Of a DNA stretch of 44,214 nt, positions 26,651-36,730 are shown in pieces. Each line of letters begins with the position of its first letter. Position 1 is the first letter of the stretch. The notes beneath the pieces are model-generated. The model was not told the DNA's origin and searched no databases. It saw nothing but the letters and a program-made list of their open reading frames with translations. Location: the NCBI GenBank assembly GCA_027593235.1, contig JAQCIU010000027.1, forward strand, positions 1 through 44,214. Reading direction: 5' to 3'. The position numbers and the translations under genes were made by a program. Source of the stretch: Chloroflexota bacterium. GTDB lineage: Bacteria; Chloroflexota; Dehalococcoidia; UBA2979.

Positions 26651-27346
26651 CTAGTAGTAGGAGGCGTCCATCTGCGGCAGTTCGCCGGTGACGGTGTAGA
26701 CGGTGCGCTCCGCGATGTTCGTCGCGCGATCGCCGATCCGTTCCAGGTTGTGGGCCACCCAGAGGAGGTGCGTAGCCGCCTCGATGGTGCTCTGGTCGGT
26801 GACCATCACGCCGATCAGATCGGCGTAGACGGTGTTGTAGAGCTCATCGACCTCGTCGTCGGCACGGCCGACAGCGAACGCTGCTTCCGTGTCGCGATCG
26901 ACGAACGCCTGGACGGCGTTGTTCATCATCTGTCGCGCCTTCTCGGCCATGATCGGGATGTCGACGAGCGGCTTGACCAGCGGCTCGTCCTGCATCATCA
27001 CGACGATGCGGGCGATGCCCTCGGCGTGATCGCCCATGCGCTCCAGATCGGTGGCGATCGCGGTCACCGACATCACCAGGCGGAGGTCACCGGCGAGCGG
27101 GCTCTGCTGCGCGATCAGCGCAACGCACATGTCGTGAATGCCGTATCCGGTCTCGTTGACCACCTGATCTTCGTCGATCACCACGCGCGCGAGTGCGACG
27201 TCCCGGTTGATCAGCGCCTCGACGGATCGCTCGATCGCGCGGTCCACCATCGAGGTCATTTCGAGCGCGCGGTCCTGCAGCGCCGAGAGTTGGCGGTGGA
27301 ATCGCTCGCGAAGTTCGCCGCGGGGTTGGGGCTCAGGGGTCACCAT
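26651..27346 (-). CDS. phoU: Phosphate signalling protein PhoU
   Basis: PLAGDLR, TDLERMGDHA, DDEVDELY, LERIGDRATNIAE. Confidence 0.95.
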   Translation of the reverse strand: MVTPEPQPRGELRERFHRQLSALQDRALEMTSMVDRAIERSVEALINRDVALARVVIDEDQVVNETGYGIHDMCVALIAQQSPLAGDLRLVMSVTAIATDLERMGDHAEGIARIVVMMQDEPLVKPLVDIPIMAEKARQMMNNAVQAFVDRDTEAAFAVGRADDEVDELYNTVYADLIGVMVTDQSTIEAATHLLWVAHNLERIGDRATNIAERTVYTVTGELPQMDASYY

Positions 27347-27421
27347 AATTCGCCTCATCTTACACAGCGGCAGCGCCGTCATGCGCCTGGTCGTGGCTGG
27401 TGTCAGCCGCCAATGGGTTGC

Positions 27422-28264
27422 TCAGTGCACCTCGGTCTCGCTCGAGGCCGCCTGCATTCCCGGTCGAATCAGCCGGTCGTACAGCGCGCCACCGACCAGG
27501 CCGCCGACCAGCGGGCCGACGATGTAGACCCAGAATCCGTTCCGCGGTCCGGGGATGGCGATGTCGCCCCATCCGGCGAGAAACGCGACGATCCGCGGGC
27601 CGAAGTCCCGTGCCGGATTCCAGCCGGCCTGGGTGATCGGGGCGAACAAGCTGATCAAGGCAGCGACCGTGAAGCCAATGAAGAACGGCGCCAGCGACGC
27701 TCCCGGTCGCCCCGAGTTCCAGCGATCGACCAGCGCGAAGATCATGAACACGAGCACGGCGGTCCCGAAGGCCTCGACAGCCACGGCGAGCAGCGGGGAG
27801 ACGAGCGCGAAGGCGCGATCATCGGTCCCAAACCTCGCGGGGTTCGGGAAGTATTCGCCGAACACCATCGCCGAGGCCTGACTGCCGGCCGCTCCGCGCA
27901 CGAGCCCGTTGTCCTCCTCGAACCGTTCGATGAACGGACCGAAGATCGCGAGGATCGCGACGCCGCCGAGGACGCCCCCGATGAGCTGCGCAGCCCAGTA
28001 CGGCAAGAGGCGCCGCCGCGGAAAGTCGTCCGGTCGCCAGACCGCGAAGGCGAGGCTGACCGCCGGGTTGAGATGCGCTCCGGACACGCTTGCCGTCGCG
28101 TAGATCGCCAGGGTGACACCAAAGCCCCAGACCACCGCGACCTGCCACAGCCCAATCTGCGCGCCGGTGGTGACGGCAGCGGCCACCGATCCCGTGCCAA
28201 AAAGCACCAGGATGAATGTGCCTGCCGTCTCGGCGACGTAGCGGTGAAAGCGTGGGGGAATCAC
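27422..28264 (-). CDS. MIP-family aquaglyceroporin (GlpF/AqpS-like)
   Basis: SGAHLNPAVS and NPARD (Asp after the second NPA = glyceroporin signature); GTGA overlap with the arsC stop. Confidence 0.92.
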   Translation of the reverse strand: MIPPRFHRYVAETAGTFILVLFGTGSVAAAVTTGAQIGLWQVAVVWGFGVTLAIYATASVSGAHLNPAVSLAFAVWRPDDFPRRRLLPYWAAQLIGGVLGGVAILAIFGPFIERFEEDNGLVRGAAGSQASAMVFGEYFPNPARFGTDDRAFALVSPLLAVAVEAFGTAVLVFMIFALVDRWNSGRPGASLAPFFIGFTVAALISLFAPITQAGWNPARDFGPRIVAFLAGWGDIAIPGPRNGFWVYIVGPLVGGLVGGALYDRLIRPGMQAASSETEVH

Positions 28265-28779
28265 CGGCGGTCGCTGCCGGACTCCGCGAGCGGGGATCCA
28301 GACCCGCGGAGCACGCCCAAGTCGTCCATCAGTGTCTCGACACGCCGGCGCAAGTCGTCGCGAATCAGACGCACGTCCGCCACGGATTGCCCGGCAGGAT
28401 CGTCCACCTCCCAGTCCTGGTAGCGAATCCCCGGGTAGAACGGACAGGCGTCCCCACAACCCATTGTGACCACCACGTCGGCGACGCGAACCACCTCGTC
28501 CGTCCAGTGCTTCGGGTACTCCTGCGAGATATCGATGCCGACCTCGTGCATCGCCTCGACGGCGGCGCGGTTCACCTCGTCGGCAGGCTCGGAGCCGCCG
28601 GAGTAGACCGCGACGGGATCGCCGGCGAGGTGGCGAAGCCAGCCGGCGGCCATCTGCGATCGACCGGCGTTGTGGACACAGAGGAACAGCACGCGGGGGA
28701 TCGGGCGCCCTCCGCTCGGATTGGCCTCGGTATCGCCCTGCACGCGGTCCGCGGCTACTCCGTCGCCCGGACCGCTCAT
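28261..28779 (-). CDS. arsC: LMW-PTPase-fold arsenate reductase
   Basis: VLFLCVHNAGRSQMA P-loop, VVTMGCGDACP, DW.VDDP; start uncertain. Confidence 0.9.
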   Translation of the reverse strand: MSGPGDGVAADRVQGDTEANPSGGRPIPRVLFLCVHNAGRSQMAAGWLRHLAGDPVAVYSGGSEPADEVNRAAVEAMHEVGIDISQEYPKHWTDEVVRVADVVVTMGCGDACPFYPGIRYQDWEVDDPAGQSVADVRLIRDDLRRRVETLMDDLGVLRGSGSPLAESGSDRR

Positions 28780-28865
28780 CCCTCTGCCGATCTGCGATTC
28801 ATGACTGTCGCCTCTGCGATGCACTGACTGAGGACCATTCTCTCCGTGATGAGGCACGAGTTCGA

Positions 28866-28881
28866 TTAACGCCGGCTTAAC
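28866..28881. promoter_or_regulatory. Candidate Pho box (TTAAC direct repeat, 11-bp period)
   Basis: TTAAC at 28866 and 28877, between divergent arsC and pstS. Confidence 0.55.
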
Positions 28882-28946
28882 GGTGGGGGCGAATCCTCCG
28901 AACTGAGCAGAGAGACGAGCCGGCAGATCGTCGGTTCCTGATTCCG

Positions 28947-29993
28947 ATGGAGGACATCACGAGTATGGAGCGATCGCTACTCACGAGGCGGATCCTGCTG
29001 CCGGGCGTGTTCGCCCTGCTAGCCGCATTGTTCGCGGTTGGATGCGGCGGCGACGGAAATGATGGGACCACGACACCGACGACAGCCGCGACCGCGAACG
29101 GCGGAGATGGCACGCCGTCAGGGATCGACTACGGATCGCTCGGTGGGGAGATCCGCATCGATGGATCCTCGACCGTGTTCCCGATCTCCGAGGCCGTCGC
29201 CGAGGAATTCAGCCAGGTCTCGAACACGCGCGTGAACGTCGGGTTCTCGGGCACGGGCGGCGGCTTCGAGAAGTTCTGTCGCGGCGAAACCCAGGTCAGC
29301 GACGCGTCGCGACCGATCAAGGACTCTGAAGTGGAGGCCTGTGCCGGAGCCGGCATCGACGACATCATCGAACTGCAGGTCGCGATCGACGCACTGACCG
29401 TGATGGTGAACCCGAGCAACGACTTCGTCACCTGTATGACCGTCGACGAGTTGCACCAGATCTTCGTCAACGGCGGCGCCGAGCGCTGGAACGAAGTCCG
29501 TGCCGAATGGCCGGACGAAAAGATCATCAAGTACTACCCGGGCACAGACTCCGGGACCTTCGACTACTTCGTCGAGGCGATCATCGAGTCCGTGGACGAG
29601 GCGGCCGGGCACACCGGTGACGGTACCGCTTCCGAGGACGACAACATCCTCGCTCAGGGCATCGAGAACGATCCGAACGCGATTGGCTACTTCGGGTTCG
29701 CTTACTTCCTCGAGGCCGGCCAGGCGCTGAAGGCGGTTGCGGTCGATGGTGGCGAGGGCTGTGTCGAGCCGTCGTTCGATTCGGCGCTCAACGGCACCTA
29801 CGAGCCGCTGTCACGTCCGCTGTTCATCTACACCAGTGCGAGCTTCCTCGCAGAGCGGCCAGAGATGATCGGGTTCCTCAACTTCTACCTGGAGAACCTG
29901 GACGTGCTGGTTCCAGACGTTGGCTACGTGACGATGCCGGCGGATCGGCACGCGGAGCAGGTCGCGAAGATCGAGCCATACCTCGGGGGGTAG
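28947..29993 (+). CDS. pstS: Phosphate ABC transporter substrate-binding lipoprotein
   Basis: Lipobox AVGC; IDGSSTVFP, SGTGGGF, DSGTFDYF, YEPLSRPLFIY; start may be 28965. Confidence 0.95.
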   Translation: MEDITSMERSLLTRRILLPGVFALLAALFAVGCGGDGNDGTTTPTTAATANGGDGTPSGIDYGSLGGEIRIDGSSTVFPISEAVAEEFSQVSNTRVNVGFSGTGGGFEKFCRGETQVSDASRPIKDSEVEACAGAGIDDIIELQVAIDALTVMVNPSNDFVTCMTVDELHQIFVNGGAERWNEVRAEWPDEKIIKYYPGTDSGTFDYFVEAIIESVDEAAGHTGDGTASEDDNILAQGIENDPNAIGYFGFAYFLEAGQALKAVAVDGGEGCVEPSFDSALNGTYEPLSRPLFIYTSASFLAERPEMIGFLNFYLENLDVLVPDVGYVTMPADRHAEQVAKIEPYLGG

Positions 29994-30019
29994 CCAGCGA
30001 GGTCGGGACGCTGCTTTGA

Positions 30020-30061
30020 TGGGCGCCGCAGGGCTGACACCTCGTCAGTCAGCGGCGCCCA
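30020..30061 (+). other. Intercistronic stem-loop between pstS and pstC
   Basis: TGGGCGCCGC/GCGGCGCCCA 10-bp stem plus inner GCTGAC/GTCAGT. Confidence 0.6.
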
Positions 30062-30098
30062 CGGCGGCACCCGTGATTGGCGTGAGGGGGTAGCGCGA

Positions 30099-31049
30099 GT
30101 GGCGATCACCGATGCGACCGGATCGGGTCCAGCGCCGATCGGCAGCCGGCTGCGGAAGCGGCGGATGGCACGTCCGTTCGAGTCACTGATCATCGCCAGC
30201 CTGTGGGCGTCCGCGATGGTCTCGATCGTCACCACGGTGCTGATCATCGTCGTGCTCTCCCGCGAGACGATCACCTTCTTTCAGGACGTCTCGTTTGCTG
30301 AGTTCTTTCTCAGTACCGAATGGCAGCCACTGCTCAAGCCGGTCTCGTTCGGCGTCTGGGAACTCGTCGCGGGAACGTTGAACGTGGTGCTCTGGTCGCT
30401 GTTGATCGCGCTCCCGATCGGGTTGATGTCCGCGATCTTCCTCAGCGAGTACGCCCACCCGCGGACGCGTCAGGTTCTGAAGCCGCTCCTGGAGGCGCTC
30501 GCTGGGGTGCCCACGGTGGTGTACGCGTACTTCGCGCTGACCTTCATCACACAGGATGTCCTCCAACCGCTGCTGGGCACGAACATCCAGTTCTTCAACA
30601 GCCTGGGCGCGAGCATCGTGATGGCGGTGATGATTCTGCCAACCATCGCCTCCATCTCCGAGGACGCGATGTCGAGCGTGCCTCGGGAGCTGCGGGAGGC
30701 CGCGTACGGGCTCGGCGCGACGCGCTTCGAGGTCGCGACCCGGGTCGTCTTCCCGGCGGCGCTGTCGGGGATCATCGCCTCGATCCTGCTGGCGATCTCG
30801 CGGGTGGTCGGCGAGACGATGATCGTCGCCGTCGCGGCGGGGTCCACGCCCAACCTGACGCTCTCGCCGCTGGAGAGCATCCAGACGATGACCGGGTACA
30901 TGCTTCAGGTTGGCATCGGCGACGCCGCGCGCGGGACCGTTGAGTACAAGTCCCTCTTCGCGGTTGGGGCGATGCTGGCGATGATGACACTCACCTTCAA
31001 CGTGTTCGGTCAGGTGCTGGTCCGCCGCTTTCGCGAGGTCTACTCATGA
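30099..31049 (+). CDS. pstC: Phosphate ABC permease
   Basis: LAGVPTVVY, LREAAYGLGATRFE, RVVGETM; operon position. Confidence 0.95.
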   Translation: MAITDATGSGPAPIGSRLRKRRMARPFESLIIASLWASAMVSIVTTVLIIVVLSRETITFFQDVSFAEFFLSTEWQPLLKPVSFGVWELVAGTLNVVLWSLLIALPIGLMSAIFLSEYAHPRTRQVLKPLLEALAGVPTVVYAYFALTFITQDVLQPLLGTNIQFFNSLGASIVMAVMILPTIASISEDAMSSVPRELREAAYGLGATRFEVATRVVFPAALSGIIASILLAISRVVGETMIVAVAAGSTPNLTLSPLESIQTMTGYMLQVGIGDAARGTVEYKSLFAVGAMLAMMTLTFNVFGQVLVRRFREVYS

Positions 31050-31933
31050 CGGAGGCGGTGAACGTCGCGCGCACGCTGCAACCCAGCGGGCAGGTCGCGA
31101 GACGGCAGCGGTTCTCGCGCGCGTCGACGTGGATGTTCGGAGCCGCGACGTCGATTGGCGTCATCGTGCTGGTCTTCCTTGCCATCGACACGATCCTCAC
31201 CGGGGGATCGCGGTTGAGCTGGGATTTCATGACCAGCTACCCATCACGATTCGCCGAACGAGCGGGACTGCGATCGTCGATCTTCGGTTGGGCGTGGGTC
31301 CTCGGCTTGACCGTAGCGATGGTGATTCCGGTTGGCATCGCGACCGCCGTCTGGATCGAGGAGTTCGCTCCGCGCGGCCGGCTGCTGAGCGTGGTGAAGC
31401 TGAACATCGCAAACCTGGCCGGGGTGCCCAGCATCATCTACGGCGTGCTGGGCCTCGTGATCTTCTCCCGGGCGTTCGGCCTCGGATCCAGCATCCTGGC
31501 CGGCGCGTTCACGCTCGCGCTGATGATTCTCCCGATGACCGTCGTCGCGGCGCAGGAGGCCATCTCACAGGTGCCATCCAGCCTGCGCGACGGCTCGCTC
31601 GCCCTCGGCGCCAGCCGCTGGCAGACGGTGTGGCACCACGTACTGCCCACCGCGAGCCCGGGCATCGCGACCGGGGTGATCCTGGCGATCTCCCGTGCCG
31701 CCGGGGAGACGGCAGCGTTGATCATGATCGGCGCGTTCGCGTTCATCGCCTTCGACAACACGAGCCCGCTCGACGACTTCACGACGGTCCCGATCCAGAT
31801 CTACAACTGGACGATCCGTCCGCAGGAGGCGTTCCGACAGAACGCATCGGCGGCGATCATCGTGCTGATGGTCGCGGTAATGACATTCAATCTCTTCGCG
31901 GCAGTCGTCCGCGAGCGTTTCCGGCACAACTGA
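31046..31933 (+). CDS. pstA: Phosphate ABC permease
   Basis: NLAGVPSIIYG, SLALGASRWQT, RAAGETA; ATGA overlap. Confidence 0.95.
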   Translation: MTEAVNVARTLQPSGQVARRQRFSRASTWMFGAATSIGVIVLVFLAIDTILTGGSRLSWDFMTSYPSRFAERAGLRSSIFGWAWVLGLTVAMVIPVGIATAVWIEEFAPRGRLLSVVKLNIANLAGVPSIIYGVLGLVIFSRAFGLGSSILAGAFTLALMILPMTVVAAQEAISQVPSSLRDGSLALGASRWQTVWHHVLPTASPGIATGVILAISRAAGETAALIMIGAFAFIAFDNTSPLDDFTTVPIQIYNWTIRPQEAFRQNASAAIIVLMVAVMTFNLFAAVVRERFRHN

Positions 31934-32014
31934 TCCGACATTCCAACGGCGGCGACGGGGCCGCGAGGGGCTACACTCATTTCTGAACCGACATCATGCA
32001 ACGGAGGAACAGCA

Positions 32015-32911
32015 GTGGTGGAAGCCGGCCCGACCGGGCAGTTCCCCACGACGGAGGAACCGGCGACGGAGGCCTCGCCCTCCAACGCTCGCACGCGTGA
32101 CCTCCGCCCCCAGGTGAAGAACCACGGCAATCACGCCGACGCGGTCACCGACGTTGCCGTCAAGATCGAGAACGTGGCCCTCTGGTACGGCGCGAAGCAG
32201 GCGATCGACGAGATTTCGATCGACATCCCGCGGAATGAGATCACGGCCCTGATCGGGCCATCCGGCTGCGGCAAGAGCACGCTGCTTCGCTGCATCAACC
32301 GGATGAACGAGCTGATCCCGGGGGTCCGAATCGAGGGCCAGATCCGCCTGGATGGGGATCCCCTCTACGGCCCACACGTCGATCCCGTCGAGGTCCGTCG
32401 GGTCGTCGGGATGGTGTTTCAGAAGCCGAACCCGTTCCCAAAGAGCATCTACGAGAACGTCGCGTTCGGTGCCCGGATCAACGGCTACAAGGGCAACATG
32501 GACGAACTGGTCCAGCGTTCGCTGGAACAGGCCGCGCTCTGGGACGAGGTCAAGGACAAGCTGAAGGAGTCCGGCCTCGCGCTGTCCGGTGGGCAGCAGC
32601 AGCGGCTCTGCATCGCGCGTGCCCTGGCCGTGCAACCCGAGGTCATCCTGATGGATGAACCCTGCTCCGCGTTGGACCCGATCGCGACGCAGCGCATCGA
32701 GGATCTGATGCAGGAACTGGCTGCCGACTACACGATTGTGATCGTCACCCACAACATGCAGCAGGCCGCCCGCGTCTCGAACCGCACCGCGTTCATGCTC
32801 GCCGAGGAAGATCTGGTTGGCCGCCTGGTCGAGTACGGCCGGACCGACCAGCTCTTCACCAGTCCGAACGATCGCCGCACCGAGGACTACATCACCGGCC
32901 GCTTCGGCTAG
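32015..32911 (+). CDS. pstB: Phosphate ABC ATPase
   Basis: [47 protein letters not shown]. Confidence 0.97.
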   Translation: MVEAGPTGQFPTTEEPATEASPSNARTRDLRPQVKNHGNHADAVTDVAVKIENVALWYGAKQAIDEISIDIPRNEITALIGPSGCGKSTLLRCINRMNELIPGVRIEGQIRLDGDPLYGPHVDPVEVRRVVGMVFQKPNPFPKSIYENVAFGARINGYKGNMDELVQRSLEQAALWDEVKDKLKESGLALSGGQQQRLCIARALAVQPEVILMDEPCSALDPIATQRIEDLMQELAADYTIVIVTHNMQQAARVSNRTAFMLAEEDLVGRLVEYGRTDQLFTSPNDRRTEDYITGRFG

Positions 32912-34203
32912 GACGCGCTCCCGAGGCGATCGGGAGCGCTTGCTCCGGATTCGCCCGTCTCACCCTCGGTGGTTGCCGCCACGCCCGCGGTCGCCGCGTT
33001 CGCTGGGTCCAGCGGCAAGGTGAAGCAGAGCGTCGCGCCGGGCGACCGATCGGCGACCCAGATACGTCCGCCCAACCGCGACACGATATGGCGCGCGATC
33101 GCGAGACCGAGGCCGCTGTTCCTGGCCGCGCTGCCGTTGTTCAGATCGGTACGAGACCTGTCGCCGGTGTAGAACCGCTCGAAGACCCGCGCGCGGTCGC
33201 GGGAGATGATGCCGGGGCCCTGATCGCGGACCTCGAAGCGCACCTCGTCCTCGCCCTCGAACGCACCGAGGGTGACCGTCCCGTTCGGCGGGCTGACGCG
33301 CAGCGCGTTATCCAGCAGGTTGGCGAGCACCTCGAGGACCCGCTCGCGATCGCCGATCGCGGTCGCCGAGCACTCGTCGATCAGCGTCAGCGATCGGCCC
33401 GCCTCCAGCAGCGGTTCGATGCGGCGGGCGGACGTTTGCAGCAGCTCGGCGGGGCTGAGTGCCTCAATGGTGAATTCGTCGTTCCGCGACTCGAGCCGGG
33501 AGAGATTCAGCAACCCCTCGATGATGTCGCTCAGGCGGGTGACCTCGTTAGTCAGCCGCTGATGGAAGTCGAGACGGCGCGCGTCGTCCGGGACGCCGCG
33601 CTCCAGCGTCTCCGCGAGTGCGAGCGCGGCGGTGACCGGCGTGCGAAGTTCGTGCGACGCATTCGCGACGAGGTCGGAGCGTGCGCGCTGCGCATGCCGC
33701 AGTGCCGTGAGGTCCTCGAGGGCCAGCACGTAGCGCGCCCCGGCGATCGGCTCGGCGAGCCGTGTCGCGGTGACACGCACCACCTGGCCGTCGCGGATAT
33801 CGATCTCGCGCGGCACGCCAGCGGCTTCACGCGCGACCTGCGCGATGTTGTGATCGCGCACGGCGCGGATCAGCGACACGCCCTCGACCTCCGGCCGGCG
33901 GCGATGACAGAGCGTGAGTGCGGCCTGATTGACGGCGACGACGTTCGACTCTCGATCGAGGAGAAACACCCCGCAGGGGAACCCCTCGAGCCAGTGCTCC
34001 GGAAGTGCGATGGCCCTCGGTCGGCTCGCTGCCACGGTCGACGGCGGCGGGGACGCGGGCATGGGCGGTGTGGCGCGGCGGGCGCTCCAGCCGGCGACGA
34101 GCACCGCCGCGGCCGTGGTCGCGGCCGCGAGCGGGCGTGGCATCAACGCCACGGCCAGCGCCGCGATCACCGCGACCGCAACGAGCAAGGCGATGCGCTT
34201 CAT
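32908..34203 (-). CDS. phoR: PAS sensor histidine kinase, PhoR-like
   Basis: SHELRTP H-box, NLLDNA, DQGPG, FERFY, GLGLAI; adjacent to pst genes. Confidence 0.88.
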   Translation of the reverse strand: MKRIALLVAVAVIAALAVALMPRPLAAATTAAAVLVAGWSARRATPPMPASPPPSTVAASRPRAIALPEHWLEGFPCGVFLLDRESNVVAVNQAALTLCHRRRPEVEGVSLIRAVRDHNIAQVAREAAGVPREIDIRDGQVVRVTATRLAEPIAGARYVLALEDLTALRHAQRARSDLVANASHELRTPVTAALALAETLERGVPDDARRLDFHQRLTNEVTRLSDIIEGLLNLSRLESRNDEFTIEALSPAELLQTSARRIEPLLEAGRSLTLIDECSATAIGDRERVLEVLANLLDNALRVSPPNGTVTLGAFEGEDEVRFEVRDQGPGIISRDRARVFERFYTGDRSRTDLNNGSAARNSGLGLAIARHIVSRLGGRIWVADRSPGATLCFTLPLDPANAATAGVAATTEGETGESGASAPDRLGSAS

Positions 34204-34901
34204 GGGACGAATTTGTACCCGATACTGCGGACGGTTTGGATGTGCTTCGGGTTCGCCGGGTCAGCTTCGACCTTTTCGCGGAGCCAACGGATATGGACGT
34301 CAACGGTCCGCGTCTCGCCCACGTAGCTATAGCCCCAGACGGTTTCGAGGATCATCTCGCGCGACAGCGCCTGACCGGGGTGCCGCATCAGGTACTCAAG
34401 CAACGAGAACTCGCGAGGCCGCAGGCTCACCAGCTCACCGCGGACGGTGACCTCGTGGGAGACGACATCGAGGACGATGTCACCGCCTTCGACGCGGTCC
34501 GGCTGACCGCCCTCGGTCGTACCAACGACGCTGCGGGAGAGCTGGTCGCGGCGCAACGCGGAGGCCACGCGCGCGCGCAGTTCGCGCATCGAGAATGGTT
34601 TGGTGATGTAGTCGTCGGCGCCCAGATCGAGGCCCTGGAGCTTGTCCGCCTCCTGGTCGCGGGCGGTCAGCATCAGGATCGGCACCGGCTGTTCGGCGCG
34701 CAGGATGCGGCAGACATCCAGTCCGGACATCCGCGGCAACATCACGTCGAGCACGACCAGATCAGGGCGCTCCGCCCGTGCCAGCTCCAGCCCGGCGACG
34801 CCGTCGGCGGCGCGCAGCACCGCGTGTCCGTCGCGTTCGAGGTTGAACGCCACGGCCTCGAGGATGCTCGAGTCGTCTTCGACGACGAGAACGGTGGACA
34901 T
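34200..34901 (-). CDS. phoB: OmpR-family response regulator, PhoB/PhoP-like
   Basis: VEDD, LDVMLP, GADDYITKPF, TRTVDVHIRWLREK, TVRSIGY. Confidence 0.9.
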   Translation of the reverse strand: MSTVLVVEDDSSILEAVAFNLERDGHAVLRAADGVAGLELARAERPDLVVLDVMLPRMSGLDVCRILRAEQPVPILMLTARDQEADKLQGLDLGADDYITKPFSMRELRARVASALRRDQLSRSVVGTTEGGQPDRVEGGDIVLDVVSHEVTVRGELVSLRPREFSLLEYLMRHPGQALSREMILETVWGYSYVGETRTVDVHIRWLREKVEADPANPKHIQTVRSIGYKFVP

Positions 34902-35003
34902 CGCGGCCCATTCCAGCCGGTTCGCGGCTCCTGCGATCCTAACGGAGACCACACGCGCGGTGCGAGGGAGCGGTGTGGGGTGGCGCCCCGATAGCGGGTT
35001 CCC

Positions 35004-35729
35004 CTACGGGATGTCCATCAACCGCAGCCGGCGATCCGTGAGCCAGCCAAAGATCAGCACCACCACCAGCGCCCCGATGAGCGCTGGTGCCAGATCAAGA
35101 CGTGACGCATCGGTGTGTTGGAGGCGATCGCCATCGAGGCCCTGAATCGTGCCGAGCGCGTACTGGCGGATGCTGACGAAGCGGAGTCCAGAGAACAACC
35201 CGGTGATCGAGAACTCCCAGAGGAAGACGTAGCCGAGTCCGAAGGCGATCGCCTGCCGTGAAGCAAGTCCGGCCCAGCCGAAGGCGACGCAGTAGACGAT
35301 CGCGCCGACCAAGACGCCGACAGCGGTGACCAGCGAGGTCACGATATCGCCCTCGCTCAGCAGCAGCGAGGAGACCGTGCCGCTGAACGCGACCGGCACA
35401 CCGATCACCAGCGCCGTCGCGGCTAGCTTCGGGACGGCGATCCGCCACCGCGGAATCGGCTTGAGCGCGAGGTAGCCCAGCGTCTGATCGTCGACCTCGT
35501 CACCCAGCGTTGCGGTCGCCAGGAGCAGGGCGGCGACGGGAAGCACCGTGGAGATCAGCAGCCGGTCGGTCACCGCGTCATGCACGTCCGTGAGTTCGCC
35601 AGCGGCCAGGGTGGCGAACGCCGTCACCGCGCCGGCGATCAGCACTGGGACCAGCGCCAGCAGCAGCACGATCGCGTAGCGGCGGCGCTGCGTGAGCTGC
35701 GTCAGGGTGAGAAAGAAGATGGTGCTCAC
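35004..35729 (-). CDS. ABC-2 type permease
   Basis: About 6 TM segments; DEVDDQTLGYL..KPI.R. Confidence 0.85.
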   Translation of the reverse strand: MSTIFFLTLTQLTQRRRYAIVLLLALVPVLIAGAVTAFATLAAGELTDVHDAVTDRLLISTVLPVAALLLATATLGDEVDDQTLGYLALKPIPRWRIAVPKLAATALVIGVPVAFSGTVSSLLLSEGDIVTSLVTAVGVLVGAIVYCVAFGWAGLASRQAIAFGLGYVFLWEFSITGLFSGLRFVSIRQYALGTIQGLDGDRLQHTDASRLDLAPALIGALVVVLIFGWLTDRRLRLMDIP

Positions 35730-36730
35730 GAGGCAGCCGTCCCGGCGCCGTTCACGGCGGTCGCGGTGGTCATCGAGTTCCCGGCCCCTTCGGCGAGGTA
35801 GGAGAAGACGCTCTCCAGCGAGTCGTCGAGAGGCTCCACTCGCTGCAGCCGCACCCCGCCCGCCTGGGCTGCCACGGGGATGGCGTGCTGCAACGCGCGC
35901 ACGTCCTGGCTGAGCACCCGCAGCGACGTGCCATCGATCGACACCGAGGCGACCGAGGGCTCGCCGACCAATCGCGCAGCCAGCTCGCGGGGCTGATCAC
36001 AGTCGACACGCACGAGGTATGGCCGGCGGTTGAGCTGGGCGCGGATCGCACGGAAGTCGCCAGAGGCGGCGAGCTTGCCGCTGACGATCAGGATGACGCG
36101 ATCCGCCATCGTCTCGACTTCCTCGAGGATGTGCGACGAGATCAGGATCGTGCGGCCTTCTTTCGCGAGGCGGTCGATCACGTCCATGAACTCAAGCCGC
36201 TGACGCGGGTCCGTGCCGCTCAGTGGCTCATCGAGGAACAGCACGGGCGGGTTGTGCACGAGCGCGTGCGCGAGCCGCATGCGTTGGCGCATCCCTCGGG
36301 AGTAGCCGCCCATCTTGCGGTTCTGGGCGGCTTCCATCCCGACGATCTCGATCGCGCGGTCGGTGGCTTCGCGCACATCGGGTACGCCGCAGAGCGTGGC
36401 GCCGAGTTCGACGAACTGGCGGCCGGTCAGGAAGCCGTAGACGTTCTCGTGCTCGGTCATCACGCCGAGCCGCTTGTAGATACCGGGGTTACCTCGGACG
36501 GGCTCGCCCAGCACGGTGACCTGACCGTCGGACGGTCGGGCGAGTCCGGAGAGCATGCGCAGCAGCGTCGTCTTGCCCGCGCCGTTGGGGCCGACGAGGC
36601 CGGTCACGCCGGGGAAGATCTCGAACGAGATGTCGTTGACCGCCACGACGCTGCCGAACCAGCGCGATACGCGTTCGACGCGCACCGTCGCTTCGCGGCC
36701 GTTCCCGACGATCGGCTGTTCCGAGGTCAT
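35726..36730 (-). CDS. ABC transporter ATP-binding protein
   Basis: GPNGAGKTT, YSRGMRQR, LDEP, SSHIL. Confidence 0.93.
   Translation of the reverse strand: MTSEQPIVGNGREATVRVERVSRWFGSVVAVNDISFEIFPGVTGLVGPNGAGKTTLLRMLSGLARPSDGQVTVLGEPVRGNPGIYKRLGVMTEHENVYGFLTGRQFVELGATLCGVPDVREATDRAIEIVGMEAAQNRKMGGYSRGMRQRMRLAHALVHNPPVLFLDEPLSGTDPRQRLEFMDVIDRLAKEGRTILISSHILEEVETMADRVILIVSGKLAASGDFRAIRAQLNRRPYLVRVDCDQPRELAARLVGEPSVASVSIDGTSLRVLSQDVRALQHAIPVAAQAGGVRLQRVEPLDDSLESVFSYLAEGAGNSMTTATAVNGAGTAAS

Noticed and set aside
26510-28423. 637-aa + strand ORF (also 41381-43489, 7619-9019, 20553-21617, 33088-34326)
   Set aside because: Stop-poor antisense frames typical of high-GC DNA, lying over well-supported genes and showing no motifs
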